A DNA stretch of 64,000 nucleotides, from assembly GCA_965197425.1 (NCBI GenBank), contig CBDANC010000012.1, positions 32,001 to 96,000 on the forward strand, read 5' to 3'. This stretch comes from Bdellovibrionales bacterium (GTDB lineage Bacteria; Bdellovibrionota; Bdellovibrionia; Bdellovibrionales; JAUICD01). Below the pieces are notes generated by a model. That model did no database searches and was not told the origin of the DNA. It saw nothing but the letters and a program-made list of their open reading frames with translations. A program made the translations under genes and the position numbers. Positions 9,171 through 18,584 of the stretch are shown here, one piece after another; positions within the stretch are counted from its first letter, which is position 1, and each line of letters starts with the position of its first letter.

Positions 9171-10538
9171 ATGCTATATTTTTTAGGCTACATTTTTTTT
9201 ATTATTGCTATAAGTGTTTTTATCGGTAGAAAAGTAAAGAGTACATCTTACTTTTTTGTTGCAAATAGAAGCCTAAACTGGACTCTTTTGTGTGCAACTA
9301 TTTTAGCAGCAAATATTGGTGCTGGCTCTACAGTTTTAGCTACTGGTCTTGGATATCAAAATGGCTTAGCCGCCTGGTGGTGGGTAGGATCTGCTGGCAT
9401 AGGTACACTTATTTTAGCTTTTTGGATTGGCCCAAAAATTTGGCGAGTAGCTAAAAAAAACAACCTATTAACTTTAGGCGACTTTCTGGAATATAAATAT
9501 AATCGACAACTTAAAATCTTTATATCTACTGTAATTACAATTGCTTCACTAGCCATATTGGCAGGACAATTAATTGCGTTTGCTTGGGTACTAGATGTTT
9601 TGTTTTCATACCCAAAATGGCTTTCAATTTTAATTGGTGGTTCCATAATGGTTTTCTATTTTGCTGCTGGCGGTATTATGAGTTCTGTTTGGGTAAATTT
9701 AATTCAACTAATTATATTGTTTTCTGGATTTATGGTTGCCCTGTTTACAAGTTTTGATTATGAAAATTTATCTAACTTGGAGTTATCTACTTTTTTTGTC
9801 TCAGGTGAATCTGGATTTATGTATTTATTTATGCTAGCCCCTGCTTTTATAGTTTCTCCAGGAATTTTACAAAAAGTATTCGCAGCTAAGGATGAGCAAA
9901 ATTTAAAAAAAGGTCTATTAGTATGTGGATTAATGTTACTTTTATTTGCTCTAATACCTACAATACTTGGCATAACAGCAAAAGTAATTTTGCCAGACTT
10001 AGCAAATCCAGAATACGCTCTTCCAGAGCTTTTTTTAACATTACCAAACTGGGTAAGCTTACTTGCACTGGCTGGTGTTTTATCTGCTGAAATTAGTTCT
10101 GCCGATGCAATTTTATTTATGCTAACCACTTCTATTTCAAAAGATTTTTATAAAGGAATTTTTAACCCAAATGCAAGTGATGTGCATTTATTAAAAGTAA
10201 CCAGAGTATCTGCTATTGTGGCTGGAAGTATCGGTATTTTACTTGCAATTTTATTACCTAATATAGCTACAGCACTCACCATATTTTATTCTGTTCTCAC
10301 CGTAAGTTTATTTGTTCCTTTAATATTTGGATTATTTTGTAAAAATATAAATACAACTCATGTTTTAATATCATCTGGTTTTGGTGTTTTAGTGTTATTT
10401 TTAGCTCAAATATTTTCCTTCGAGCTTCCTTGGTGGATGACCAATGTGCTGTTAGGATTACTAACTTCTGTAGTGTTGTTTTCTCTTCTGCACTTTGTAT
10501 ACAATAAAAACAACTACCCTGTGGGTAGAAGCATTTAA
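9171..10538 (+). CDS. Sodium:solute symporter family protein
   Basis: FFVANRSL, AANIGAGS, SAEISSADA motifs; about 13 TM segments. Confidence 0.9.
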   Translation: MLYFLGYIFFIIAISVFIGRKVKSTSYFFVANRSLNWTLLCATILAANIGAGSTVLATGLGYQNGLAAWWWVGSAGIGTLILAFWIGPKIWRVAKKNNLLTLGDFLEYKYNRQLKIFISTVITIASLAILAGQLIAFAWVLDVLFSYPKWLSILIGGSIMVFYFAAGGIMSSVWVNLIQLIILFSGFMVALFTSFDYENLSNLELSTFFVSGESGFMYLFMLAPAFIVSPGILQKVFAAKDEQNLKKGLLVCGLMLLLFALIPTILGITAKVILPDLANPEYALPELFLTLPNWVSLLALAGVLSAEISSADAILFMLTTSISKDFYKGIFNPNASDVHLLKVTRVSAIVAGSIGILLAILLPNIATALTIFYSVLTVSLFVPLIFGLFCKNINTTHVLISSGFGVLVLFLAQIFSFELPWWMTNVLLGLLTSVVLFSLLHFVYNKNNYPVGRSI

Positions 10539-10584
10539 TGGTAGTAAGAAGCATGTATCCTATTTTGTTATCCACCACCAACCC

Positions 10585-10631
10585 GATTGCCTGATTCCAG
10601 ATTGTCTGAGTGGCTGACTGCCAGATTGCTT
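10585..10631 (+). repeat. Degenerate 8-mer tandem repeat (GATTGCCT-like, about 6 units)
   Basis: gattgcct gattcca gattgtct gagtggct gactgcca gattgctt. Confidence 0.65.
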
Positions 10632-10657
10632 GTTTATAGAAAGACCTTTATGTAGTA

Positions 10658-10746
10658 GGATCGGCATCGTATCCAGCGCTGGGCAACCACTCGGCAGAAA
10701 AAAATAGGCAGAGCCTCCTTGTTTTCTGCCTCGTTCGGAAGACCTT
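10658..10746 (-). repeat. Modular hairpin element (one unit)
   Basis: Minus strand AAGGTCTTCCGAACGA-GGCAGAAAA...TTTTCTGCC-GAGTGGTTGCCCAGC...GATGCCGATCC; begins on the last base of the comM TAA. Confidence 0.9.
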
Positions 10747-12155
10747 TAATATATAGGGTTTTGGATTCTATATAGCGTTTCATAAGAAAGTTTATGTGCT
10801 TTATTCAAGAAACTTGCTTTTATTTTTTCATAAGAAGCTATATCCGCAAGTGTTCTAGCTACTTGTAAAATAGATAGTTTTGTTCTGTTCTGCATAGATA
10901 ATTCTGGAAAGTGCATATCGAATTGATTGTCAGTATCTAGCTTTAAAGTTTCAGATGGGGACAATTTTCCATTGGGTATAACTTGCCCCCTTGATTTTAT
11001 AGCAAACATTCTGGCTTTTTGGACAACCTTGTAAATTTCTTTGGATTGAATTTCTTGTGGTTCCTTAAAATTGTCGGAAACATAGATGATATGAAATCTA
11101 TCAAACACCGGACCAGAAATTTTATCTAAATATTTTTGTAACCTATATGAAGAACAAATACATCGTCTTGAATCGTGTGGTAAGTATTTTCCACACCTGC
11201 ATAGGTTTGTAGTTGCTAAAAACAAAAAATTAGCAGGTAGTATTCTCATACCACTAGCCCTTGCAAGATATACTTTGCCTTTTTCCAAAGGCTCCCTCAA
11301 AGATTCTTGCACAGAACTGGAATATTCTAATAACTCGTCTAAAACTAATACACCACCATGAGCTCTGGTTACAGCACCTGGCCCTATTGGAGATCCACCA
11401 CCTATAACAGCAATATGACTACTGGTATGATGAGGTGATTCAATAGGTCTCCAGGTTAAATTTTTTCCAAGCCTTCTCCAAATAGATTTAGATTCAAAAA
11501 AAATGTCTTTGGAGGGGTCTAGCAAAGATCTCGATATGATGTCACAACTAGTGGTTTTGCCAGTACCAGGGGAGCCCACAAATAATGCATTATGCTCTCC
11601 AGTAGCTATTATGCTACATACTTCAAATTGAGTTTTGGATATCAAAAAGGTAGGTAATTCTGGTCTATTAAAACTAAAACCATTAGCTTTAACTTTAATA
11701 TAATTTGGATCTATAATGTCTGATAGTTTTTTAATTTGAAATGAATCAAATCTAAGATTTTTACACATCCCGGTACAAAATAAATGATTTGCCTGTACAT
11801 CATTGATATCGCAAGGTGCTCTAACATCCCCTTTTAACCCAAGTTCTCCATAAAAGGTGTCGGTTTTTAGACTTAATTGCTTTGTTTCAGCTAAAATTCC
11901 TGCAGCTATGGCAAGATCCAGTCCTTGGCTTTTTTTCTTAATGTTATTAGGTTTAATATGTACAAGTATTTGGTGTTTTTTAGGCCAATGAAACCCTTGA
12001 TTTTTTAAAGCAGATTTTATTCTAATACCACTTTCCTTGATGGCGTTGTCTGGAAGACCGATTATTTTTAGATCCGGAAGCCCAGACATAAGACTTACGT
12101 CTATTTCAGCTTTCATTAGTTCAAAGTCATTATCAATAAAAGAATAAACCCGCAT
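10746..12155 (-). CDS. comM: YifB/ComM-family Mg-chelatase-like AAA+ ATPase
   Basis: IIGLPDNAIKES, LDLAIA, GELGLKG, GSPGTGKT, PHHTSS, AHGGVLVLDEL, ISGPVFDRF. Confidence 0.88.
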   Translation of the reverse strand: MRVYSFIDNDFELMKAEIDVSLMSGLPDLKIIGLPDNAIKESGIRIKSALKNQGFHWPKKHQILVHIKPNNIKKKSQGLDLAIAAGILAETKQLSLKTDTFYGELGLKGDVRAPCDINDVQANHLFCTGMCKNLRFDSFQIKKLSDIIDPNYIKVKANGFSFNRPELPTFLISKTQFEVCSIIATGEHNALFVGSPGTGKTTSCDIISRSLLDPSKDIFFESKSIWRRLGKNLTWRPIESPHHTSSHIAVIGGGSPIGPGAVTRAHGGVLVLDELLEYSSSVQESLREPLEKGKVYLARASGMRILPANFLFLATTNLCRCGKYLPHDSRRCICSSYRLQKYLDKISGPVFDRFHIIYVSDNFKEPQEIQSKEIYKVVQKARMFAIKSRGQVIPNGKLSPSETLKLDTDNQFDMHFPELSMQNRTKLSILQVARTLADIASYEKIKASFLNKAHKLSYETLYRIQNPIY

Positions 12156-12182
12156 AGCATTTACCTCACCTCCAGTAAAGTA

Positions 12183-12199
12183 TGCAAATTGTTTGCCAG
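12183..12199 (-). promoter_or_regulatory. Putative sigma-54 promoter of comM
   Basis: Minus strand CTGGCAAACAATTTGCA equals TGGCA-N6-TTGCA, about 28 nt upstream of the ATG. Confidence 0.65.
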
Positions 12200-12338
12200 T
12201 TTAAACTGATAAATTTTCACTTTTAAAGTGATTAAGGTGTTTTAAATTTTAAAACACTACTAGCAAGCTAGGGTTTATGATGTTATTTATTAGATGTTGT
12301 GAACTTGCAATGTTTTCAAATAACACTAAGAGACAAAT

Positions 12339-12950
12339 TTGGTATTAGGGAGGCTTAATATCAAATCTGAACTATCTTTAATGATTACTGACTTTATCCT
12401 AGCTACTTTTACTTTTATCTGGTGCTTTAGGCTTTTCAGAATGATTGTAGCAGGGAAGCACAATCTTTATCCTTACTGCATTGTATTATTTTGTATAAGC
12501 CAGGCGGCATTTTTGGCTGGCGTATATCATGGATATGTAGAGTTTATGCCAGAAATTGCACAATTATTTCTTTGGAGATTGGTTTTAGGTTTTATTGGAG
12601 TTGCTGGGCTTTTTCTTTTGTATATTTTAGTTGAAAAACAAAGCCGTAATTTCAAAGCTTTTGTACATACTGTTTTTGGCATTGTCTATTTTGGAACTGC
12701 TTTTTACACACAAGAATTTATGTTTAGCATGGCCGCTTACTTATCGATTGTAGTTGTAGTTTTTGTAACATCTATGAGAAAATCGGGATTCAAATATATG
12801 ATGCTGTTTTCTCTTTTAACTATTATTGCTGCAGGTTTGCAATTATCTAACTTTAAACTACATGAGTTTTTTACCAGTGATGATATGTATCATCTCGTTC
12901 AAACTGTTGGGTGTTATTACTTTTATAAACATGCCAGAGTAAATGCATAA
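12339..12950 (+). CDS. Multi-pass membrane protein (7-TM-like, unknown function)
   Basis: ITDFILA...AGVYHG...DDMYHLVQ in a hydrophobic protein. Confidence 0.7.
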   Translation: MVLGRLNIKSELSLMITDFILATFTFIWCFRLFRMIVAGKHNLYPYCIVLFCISQAAFLAGVYHGYVEFMPEIAQLFLWRLVLGFIGVAGLFLLYILVEKQSRNFKAFVHTVFGIVYFGTAFYTQEFMFSMAAYLSIVVVVFVTSMRKSGFKYMMLFSLLTIIAAGLQLSNFKLHEFFTSDDMYHLVQTVGCYYFYKHARVNA

Positions 12951-12965
12951 GTTGGCAGGTGGTGT

Positions 12966-14594
12966 TTGAGTTATCCTAAAAGTATTCCTAGAGAGATTAA
13001 TTCCAAATACTCTAGCATTGCACAAAGTTTTGTAGAAGCCTGTAAAGCTTACCCAGAGTTCCCAGCTTTTAGCAATATGGGTAAAACTATTACCTATGCT
13101 GAAATTTTGGAATTAAGTAAAAATATGGCCGCTTTTTTTAAAAAAGAAGGATTAAAAAAAGGTGATAGAGTAGCTATACAATTACCAAATTTATTACAGT
13201 TTCCAATTTGCTTGTTTGGAGCATTAAGAGCTGGCCTTGTAGTTGTTAATGTAAATCCACTTTATACTGCAAGAGAACTGAAGCACCAACTTAATGATGC
13301 GCAGGTAAGTTATGTAGTTATTTTAGAAAACTTTGCAAGTGAACTTGAAAAGGTAATTAAAGATGTCTCATCATTAAAAAAAGTTATTATAACTGAAATT
13401 GGAGATATGTTGGGTTTTCCAAAAAGTATTATTGTAAACAAGTTAGTTAAATTAAAAAAAATGGTACCGAACCATAATATAGAAGGTATTAGTTTTGTAG
13501 AAGCACTCAAAATAGGTTCGAAAAATTCATTCAAAGATGAATATACAACTGGTTACGATCTAGCATTTTTGCAGTACACAGGTGGAACAACTGGCGTTTC
13601 TAAAGGAGTGATGCTTACCAATAAAAATATGGTATCCAACATGGATCAAGTAGCACTTTGGATGCAGCCAATTTTAGATGACAAAAAAGAGATAGTTATA
13701 ACTGCCCTACCCTTGTACCACATTTTTGCTCTCACTGTTAACTTGCTTTCGTTTATTAAGGTGGGCGCTTTAAATGTCTTAATAACTAACCCTAGAGATA
13801 TTAAAGGTTTTGTAAAAACATTAAAACAAACAAAGTTTACTATAATGACAGGAGTCAATACTCTTTTTAGAAAGCTACTCTCAGAACCAGGTTTTATGGA
13901 TATTGATTGGCCCTCCACTAAACTTGCTGTAGCTGGCGGAATGGCTTTGAACAGGAGTGTATTTGAAGAATGGAAAGAAAAAACAGGAAGTACCATTATA
14001 GAAGGATACGGTCTTACAGAAGCCTCTCCTGTTGTTACATGTAATCCAGTTGATGGCACAGACAAAATTGGAACCATAGGACTGCCTTTACCGTCTACCA
14101 AAGTTAAACTCCTTCATGAAGAGGGAGCTAAAGGTTCAGACCCAGGTGAGTTATGTGTAAAAGGACCTCAAGTTATGAGAGGTTATTGGAAAAGACCAGA
14201 AGCAACTCAAAAGGTGCTAGATTCTAAAGGTTGGCTTAAAACCGGAGATATTGCAACTATCGATAAGAATGGTTTTGTAAAGATTGTGGATAGAAAAAAA
14301 GATATGGTTTTAGTTTCTGGATTTAATGTCTACCCAAACGAAGTAGAAGATATTTTATGTTCTCATCCTGAGGTTCTAGAAGCTTGTGTCATTGGCAAAA
14401 AAGATAAAAAGTCAGGAGAAATGGTAAAAGCATTTTTAGTTGTCAAAAATACAGACTTTCCTAAAGAAGAAATTATAAATTTTTGTAAAGCGCATCTTGT
14501 GGGATATAAGGTGCCAAAAGAAATAGAGTATAAAGATGAACTACCTAAAACAAATGTAGGCAAAATTCTAAGAAGAGCCATGAGAGATAACTAA
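12966..14594 (+). CDS. fadD: Long-chain-fatty-acid--CoA ligase
   Basis: LQYTGGTTGVSKG, EGYGLTEASP, KTGDIA, VSGFNVYPNEVE, PKTNVGKILRR. Confidence 0.95.
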   Translation: MSYPKSIPREINSKYSSIAQSFVEACKAYPEFPAFSNMGKTITYAEILELSKNMAAFFKKEGLKKGDRVAIQLPNLLQFPICLFGALRAGLVVVNVNPLYTARELKHQLNDAQVSYVVILENFASELEKVIKDVSSLKKVIITEIGDMLGFPKSIIVNKLVKLKKMVPNHNIEGISFVEALKIGSKNSFKDEYTTGYDLAFLQYTGGTTGVSKGVMLTNKNMVSNMDQVALWMQPILDDKKEIVITALPLYHIFALTVNLLSFIKVGALNVLITNPRDIKGFVKTLKQTKFTIMTGVNTLFRKLLSEPGFMDIDWPSTKLAVAGGMALNRSVFEEWKEKTGSTIIEGYGLTEASPVVTCNPVDGTDKIGTIGLPLPSTKVKLLHEEGAKGSDPGELCVKGPQVMRGYWKRPEATQKVLDSKGWLKTGDIATIDKNGFVKIVDRKKDMVLVSGFNVYPNEVEDILCSHPEVLEACVIGKKDKKSGEMVKAFLVVKNTDFPKEEIINFCKAHLVGYKVPKEIEYKDELPKTNVGKILRRAMRDN

Positions 14595-14764
14595 AACTCT
14601 AGGCTTTTACAAATCAGCTAAAAATATTTGACACGCTAAGACTTAAACTACTTTATAGTTTTTTATATAATTCGAAGGCTGTATTGAGTTTTTTTAATTT
14701 GTTCTTATTTGAGCTTTGTTGTAGAAGGACAGTTTTGAAGAAATAAAATAAATAGGAAAAACAT

Positions 14765-16147
14765 ATGTTGGAAGCAATTGATCAATTTTTAGCTACTGCC
14801 GTAGGTTATGTTTGGAACATACCTCTAGTGGTAGTTTTGATAGGCTCTGGGCTTTTATTTACTTTTTTGCTAAAAGGTGTTCAGTTTACTGCATTTCGAC
14901 ATGCTATTGATATTGTAAGAGGTAAGTTTGATAAAAAATCTGATCCTGGAGAAATAACACACTTTAAAGCATTAACTACTGCACTGTCTGCCACAATTGG
15001 TTTAGGTAATATAGCTGGTGTTGCAGTGGCTATAAACATGGGTGGGCCTGGTGCTTGTTTTTGGATGATGGTAGCTGGCCTGGTTGGTATGGTCACCAAA
15101 TTTTGTGAATGTTCTCTTGCCGTTAAATATAGAAAAGTAGATTCCAACGGCAAGGTTAGGGGTGGCCCTATGTACTATATTCAGATGGGTCTTGGGGATA
15201 AATTTAAACCTCTGGCAATTTTCTTTGCCTTAGCTTGCATGATTGCAACTTTTGGTGCGGGTAACATGTTTCAGACCAATCAAGTTGCAAAGGTTTTGAA
15301 TAGTTACTTTGATATTCCGGTTATATTGACTGGACTTGTCTTAGCCACCGCAACTGGTCTAGTGATTATTGGTGGTATTAAGCGAATAAGTAATGTTACA
15401 GGCTTCTTGGTTCCTTTTATGGGAATTATATATATGGGTGGATCATTATTAATTATTGGTCTTAATGCCTCAGAAATCCCAACTGTGGTAGGCATGATTT
15501 TTGAGGGAGCATTTAGTGGCACTGCTGCTGCAGGTGGCTTTGCTGGTGTTGCTGTAGCTGAGGTTTTAAAACAGGGTGTAAGAAGAGCCTGTTTTTCAAA
15601 TGAAGCCGGGCTTGGTTCTGCCCCAATTGCTCATGCTGCTGCTAGCACAAAAGAACCTATAAGAGAAGGTATCGTAGCTACAATAGGCCCGTTTGTAGAT
15701 ACCGTTGTAATTTGCATGATGACTGCTTCTGTTATACTTCTTTCTGGTGCTTGGCCAGCAGATGCCGGAATTGATGGAGTTGAGCTCACAGCAATGGCAT
15801 TTGACATGTCACTTCCTGGATTTGGAAAATTCTTTGTTCCTATTGCAGTAACTTTGTTTGGGTACTCCACATTGATAAGTTGGGCTTATTATGGGGAAAT
15901 GGCTACAGACTATTTATTTAAAGAAAACAAAACTGTCATGATGATTTATAAATTAGTCTTTTGCATTTTTGCATTTACAGGTGCACTTTGGGCTTTGGGT
16001 CCTGTTCTAAACTTTTCTGATATAATGTTAGGCCTCATGGTTGTACCTAACATAATAGGGGTATGGTTATTATTTCCTAAAATTAAAGCTGAAACTAAAA
16101 GTTACTTTGATAGACTTAAAAAAGGTGAATTCGATAAACCAAACTAA
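14765..16147 (+). CDS. Alanine/glycine:cation symporter (AGCS family)
   Basis: ATIGLGNIAGVAVAINMGGPGA, GGPMYYI, FSNEAGLGSAPIAH. Confidence 0.95.
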   Translation: MLEAIDQFLATAVGYVWNIPLVVVLIGSGLLFTFLLKGVQFTAFRHAIDIVRGKFDKKSDPGEITHFKALTTALSATIGLGNIAGVAVAINMGGPGACFWMMVAGLVGMVTKFCECSLAVKYRKVDSNGKVRGGPMYYIQMGLGDKFKPLAIFFALACMIATFGAGNMFQTNQVAKVLNSYFDIPVILTGLVLATATGLVIIGGIKRISNVTGFLVPFMGIIYMGGSLLIIGLNASEIPTVVGMIFEGAFSGTAAAGGFAGVAVAEVLKQGVRRACFSNEAGLGSAPIAHAAASTKEPIREGIVATIGPFVDTVVICMMTASVILLSGAWPADAGIDGVELTAMAFDMSLPGFGKFFVPIAVTLFGYSTLISWAYYGEMATDYLFKENKTVMMIYKLVFCIFAFTGALWALGPVLNFSDIMLGLMVVPNIIGVWLLFPKIKAETKSYFDRLKKGEFDKPN

Positions 16148-16384
16148 TTTGGTAAGCTTGTCACCGAATAATTGGCTTCATTAGGAAGATCTTATAGCAC
16201 CGGGATCAGCATCGTGTTCAACGCTAGGCAACCACTCGGATAAAAACTAACTGGAGTTGTATTAAACCTACAAAGTTGGGCAACCCGCTAGGCCAAAAGG
16301 CAAACAAGTTCACCTTATTGTCCTAGCTTAGAAGACCCTGATGTGAACAAGTCCACTTGTTTTCATCCTCGTTAGGAAGACCTT
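16148..16384 (-). repeat. Modular hairpin elements: a nested pair (outer 16202-16384, inner about 16271-16339) plus a partial unit
   Basis: Two AAGGTCTTC/AGGGTCTTC starts and two GGTTGCC(C/T)A ends, one inside the other. A further AAGATCTTCCTAATGA start follows. Confidence 0.9.
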
Positions 16385-16393
16385 AAGTTTACT

Positions 16394-16711
16394 TTAGTTT
16401 AAATGCTTTGCTACACACTCTTTTATTTTATCATAAGAGATATTGCCTACTAGATTTTCTAATGCCTCACCTTTTTTGAATAAGATTAGTGTTGGAATAC
16501 TTTTAACTCCATATTTAGCAGGGCTATCAGGATTATCATCAATATTCATTTTTTGTACCAAAAGCTTTGGAAACTCAGATGCTATTTGTTCTATCTTTGG
16601 CAGAAGTGCTTTACACGGTCTGCACCAAGATGCCCAGAAATCCACTAAAACACAATCAGACTGTAAGATAACCGATTCAAAATTTGAGTCCTTAACTTCT
16701 GCAATTGCCAT
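16394..16711 (-). CDS. trxA: Thioredoxin
   Basis: VLVDFWASWCRPC, YGVKSIPTL; GGAGG RBS before the ATG at 16711. Confidence 0.93.
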   Translation of the reverse strand: MAIAEVKDSNFESVILQSDCVLVDFWASWCRPCKALLPKIEQIASEFPKLLVQKMNIDDNPDSPAKYGVKSIPTLILFKKGEALENLVGNISYDKIKECVAKHLN

Positions 16712-16760
16712 TTCTTCCTCCAATAAATTATGTATGTTAATTAAGTCGTATCATGCCTTG

Positions 16761-16790
16761 CAAAGCTGGGCAACACTGAGCCTAAAGATG
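16761..16790 (-). repeat. Truncated hairpin-element end
   Basis: CAAAGCTGGGCAACACTGAG matches 54168-54187. Confidence 0.75.
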
Positions 16791-16796
16791 CAAAAA

Positions 16797-17645
16797 TTAT
16801 TTTAAGTTTTCCAACATAAACTGTGGCAACTTAAAAGAAGCTTTGTGTAAATCCAGGTTATAATATTTTAATTCAATATTCTGTATTTTATCCTTTTTTA
16901 AATCTCTAACTGGATGTAAGTTTTTTGATGAAAATGCAAATGACCAAAAACCTGATGTGTAAGTCATATTGTGGTAATTATATATTCTTACTAATTTAAA
17001 AATAGATTGTAGCAAGTTATACATCTTTTTTTGAAATTTAGAGTTATAAAACGGAGATTCAAATTGACTTACTACAATACCATCTTTAGATAGAATACGA
17101 TAAACATTTTTATAAAACTCTTCCCCAAAAAGTGGTACAGAAGGTCCAAAGGGGTCAGTGGAATCTATAATTACAACATCAAAAACTTGATCTGTCTCAT
17201 TTACATATTTATTTCCATCCATAGTTAAAACTTCTACTTTTGGATCATCTAACTTTAAAGAGGTTTGTTTTAAAAATTGTTTAGACGCCTCTAATACCAA
17301 AGGGTCTATTTCTACCAACACACATTTTTCTACACTTTTATGTTTTAAAACCTCTCTTACAGTTCCTCCGTCACCGCCACCTATAACCAAAACATTTTTT
17401 GGATTAGGATGAACAGAGAGAGGTACATGAGTAATCATTTCGTGATAGATAAATTCGTCTCTTTCACAAACCATAATGATACCGTCATTTAACAACATAC
17501 GACCAAACCCTTTGGTCTCTACTACTTCAACATGTTGAAAATCACTTCTTTTAGAATAAAGCACATTATCTACTCTAATTTTGGTTGCAAAAAAATCTTC
17601 ATGTTTTTCTTCAAACCACAGCTCCATTTCTTTCCTGGTGTCCAT
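16797..17645 (-). CDS. speE: Polyamine aminopropyltransferase (spermidine synthase)
   Basis: SDFQ, DEFIYHEMITH, VLVIGGGDGG, VIIDSTDP. Confidence 0.96.
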   Translation of the reverse strand: MDTRKEMELWFEEKHEDFFATKIRVDNVLYSKRSDFQHVEVVETKGFGRMLLNDGIIMVCERDEFIYHEMITHVPLSVHPNPKNVLVIGGGDGGTVREVLKHKSVEKCVLVEIDPLVLEASKQFLKQTSLKLDDPKVEVLTMDGNKYVNETDQVFDVVIIDSTDPFGPSVPLFGEEFYKNVYRILSKDGIVVSQFESPFYNSKFQKKMYNLLQSIFKLVRIYNYHNMTYTSGFWSFAFSSKNLHPVRDLKKDKIQNIELKYYNLDLHKASFKLPQFMLENLK

Positions 17646-17654
17646 AATGGTTTC

Positions 17655-18584
17655 CTATATACTTAGCCTAGTTGGATTTTTAAAGTGCTTGTCTGGTTTA
17701 AAGAAATTAAAAAATTCTACGCTACAATCTTGAGATATGTTGTGCTGTATTTTTCTTTTATTATCATAGTGCTTTAATTGAGGTATATTTTCTGACTGAA
17801 ATTGTACAATATCAAATGTATCCGGCCTAAATATATCTAAAACCCTATCTATAACAGATTGATATTCTTCATATGATTTAAAAACATAATTAGTTTCAAA
17901 ACTTGCATAAGAAGATAGATCTTCAGGAGTAACATGAAAAGTGTAATATTCTTTATCTTTAATGGCATTTAATGAATACCCAGGAGGATCAAATAAATAA
18001 GAATCTGTTTTAAAGCCTTTTATAATATTATCTAACCCTAAATGCGACACTTGTTTGTTAAAAAAATTAGACTTAGCCTCATTAGATAAGTCTTGCATTA
18101 AAATTTCAAAAGTACCGTTAATTTTATCAAAAGTAAGGTTAGTATCATTATGAAAAAGACACACATGATTTTCATAAATACTACCAAAAATATAAGCCTT
18201 ACCATTTATTATTTTATTTAATCTTTTGGCATCCTGAGTAAAGGTATATTTTTGATCCTTGGGGAACATAGGATTTTTTCTTTCATAAAAGAAATATAAA
18301 ATATTTTCTCTTTTAATTTTTGTAATTAAAAACTCAAAAGTATTTAGTATACAGGTTTTTCCACAAGTTATTATTATAATAGAGTCATCATATACAAACA
18401 TTGAAGATTCAGATAAAAGGTATGCATCAATAAAGTCATTTGAAATGACAGATAATACTTTAGCACCAGATCTTTCTATAGCCTCTTCAAAATAAGCTCT
18501 ACCCCATGATCTTAATTTGCAGTTTTTAGTAAGAAGCTCTAGTTTTTTTTCTGTACCCTCAAAGCTGTTAGGGATAGATAGCAT
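17655..18584 (-). CDS. speD: S-adenosylmethionine decarboxylase proenzyme, eukaryote-like (class 2)
   Basis: FEGTEKKLE, AYLLSE|SSMFV pyruvoyl self-cleavage motif, ITCG, FDPPGYSLN, HVTPE, SYASFETN; adjacent to speE. Confidence 0.9.
   Translation of the reverse strand: MLSIPNSFEGTEKKLELLTKNCKLRSWGRAYFEEAIERSGAKVLSVISNDFIDAYLLSESSMFVYDDSIIIITCGKTCILNTFEFLITKIKRENILYFFYERKNPMFPKDQKYTFTQDAKRLNKIINGKAYIFGSIYENHVCLFHNDTNLTFDKINGTFEILMQDLSNEAKSNFFNKQVSHLGLDNIIKGFKTDSYLFDPPGYSLNAIKDKEYYTFHVTPEDLSSYASFETNYVFKSYEEYQSVIDRVLDIFRPDTFDIVQFQSENIPQLKHYDNKRKIQHNISQDCSVEFFNFFKPDKHFKNPTRLSI

Noticed and set aside
10658..10746. HDV-like ribozyme (GCTGGGCAAC matches the HDV P1/P1.1/P4 junction)
   Set aside because: No upstream P1 partner, P3/L3 or J4/2-P2 could be built in the copies examined.
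14600..14764. Glycine riboswitch upstream of the alanine/glycine symporter
   Set aside because: The conserved GGAGA...CCGAAG...CUCUCAGG aptamer elements are absent.
16202..16384. Integron attC sites (AAC...GTT hairpins)
   Set aside because: R''/R' boxes and spacer lengths do not fit RYYYAAC/GTTRRRY geometry, the flanking genes are housekeeping, and no integrase is present.
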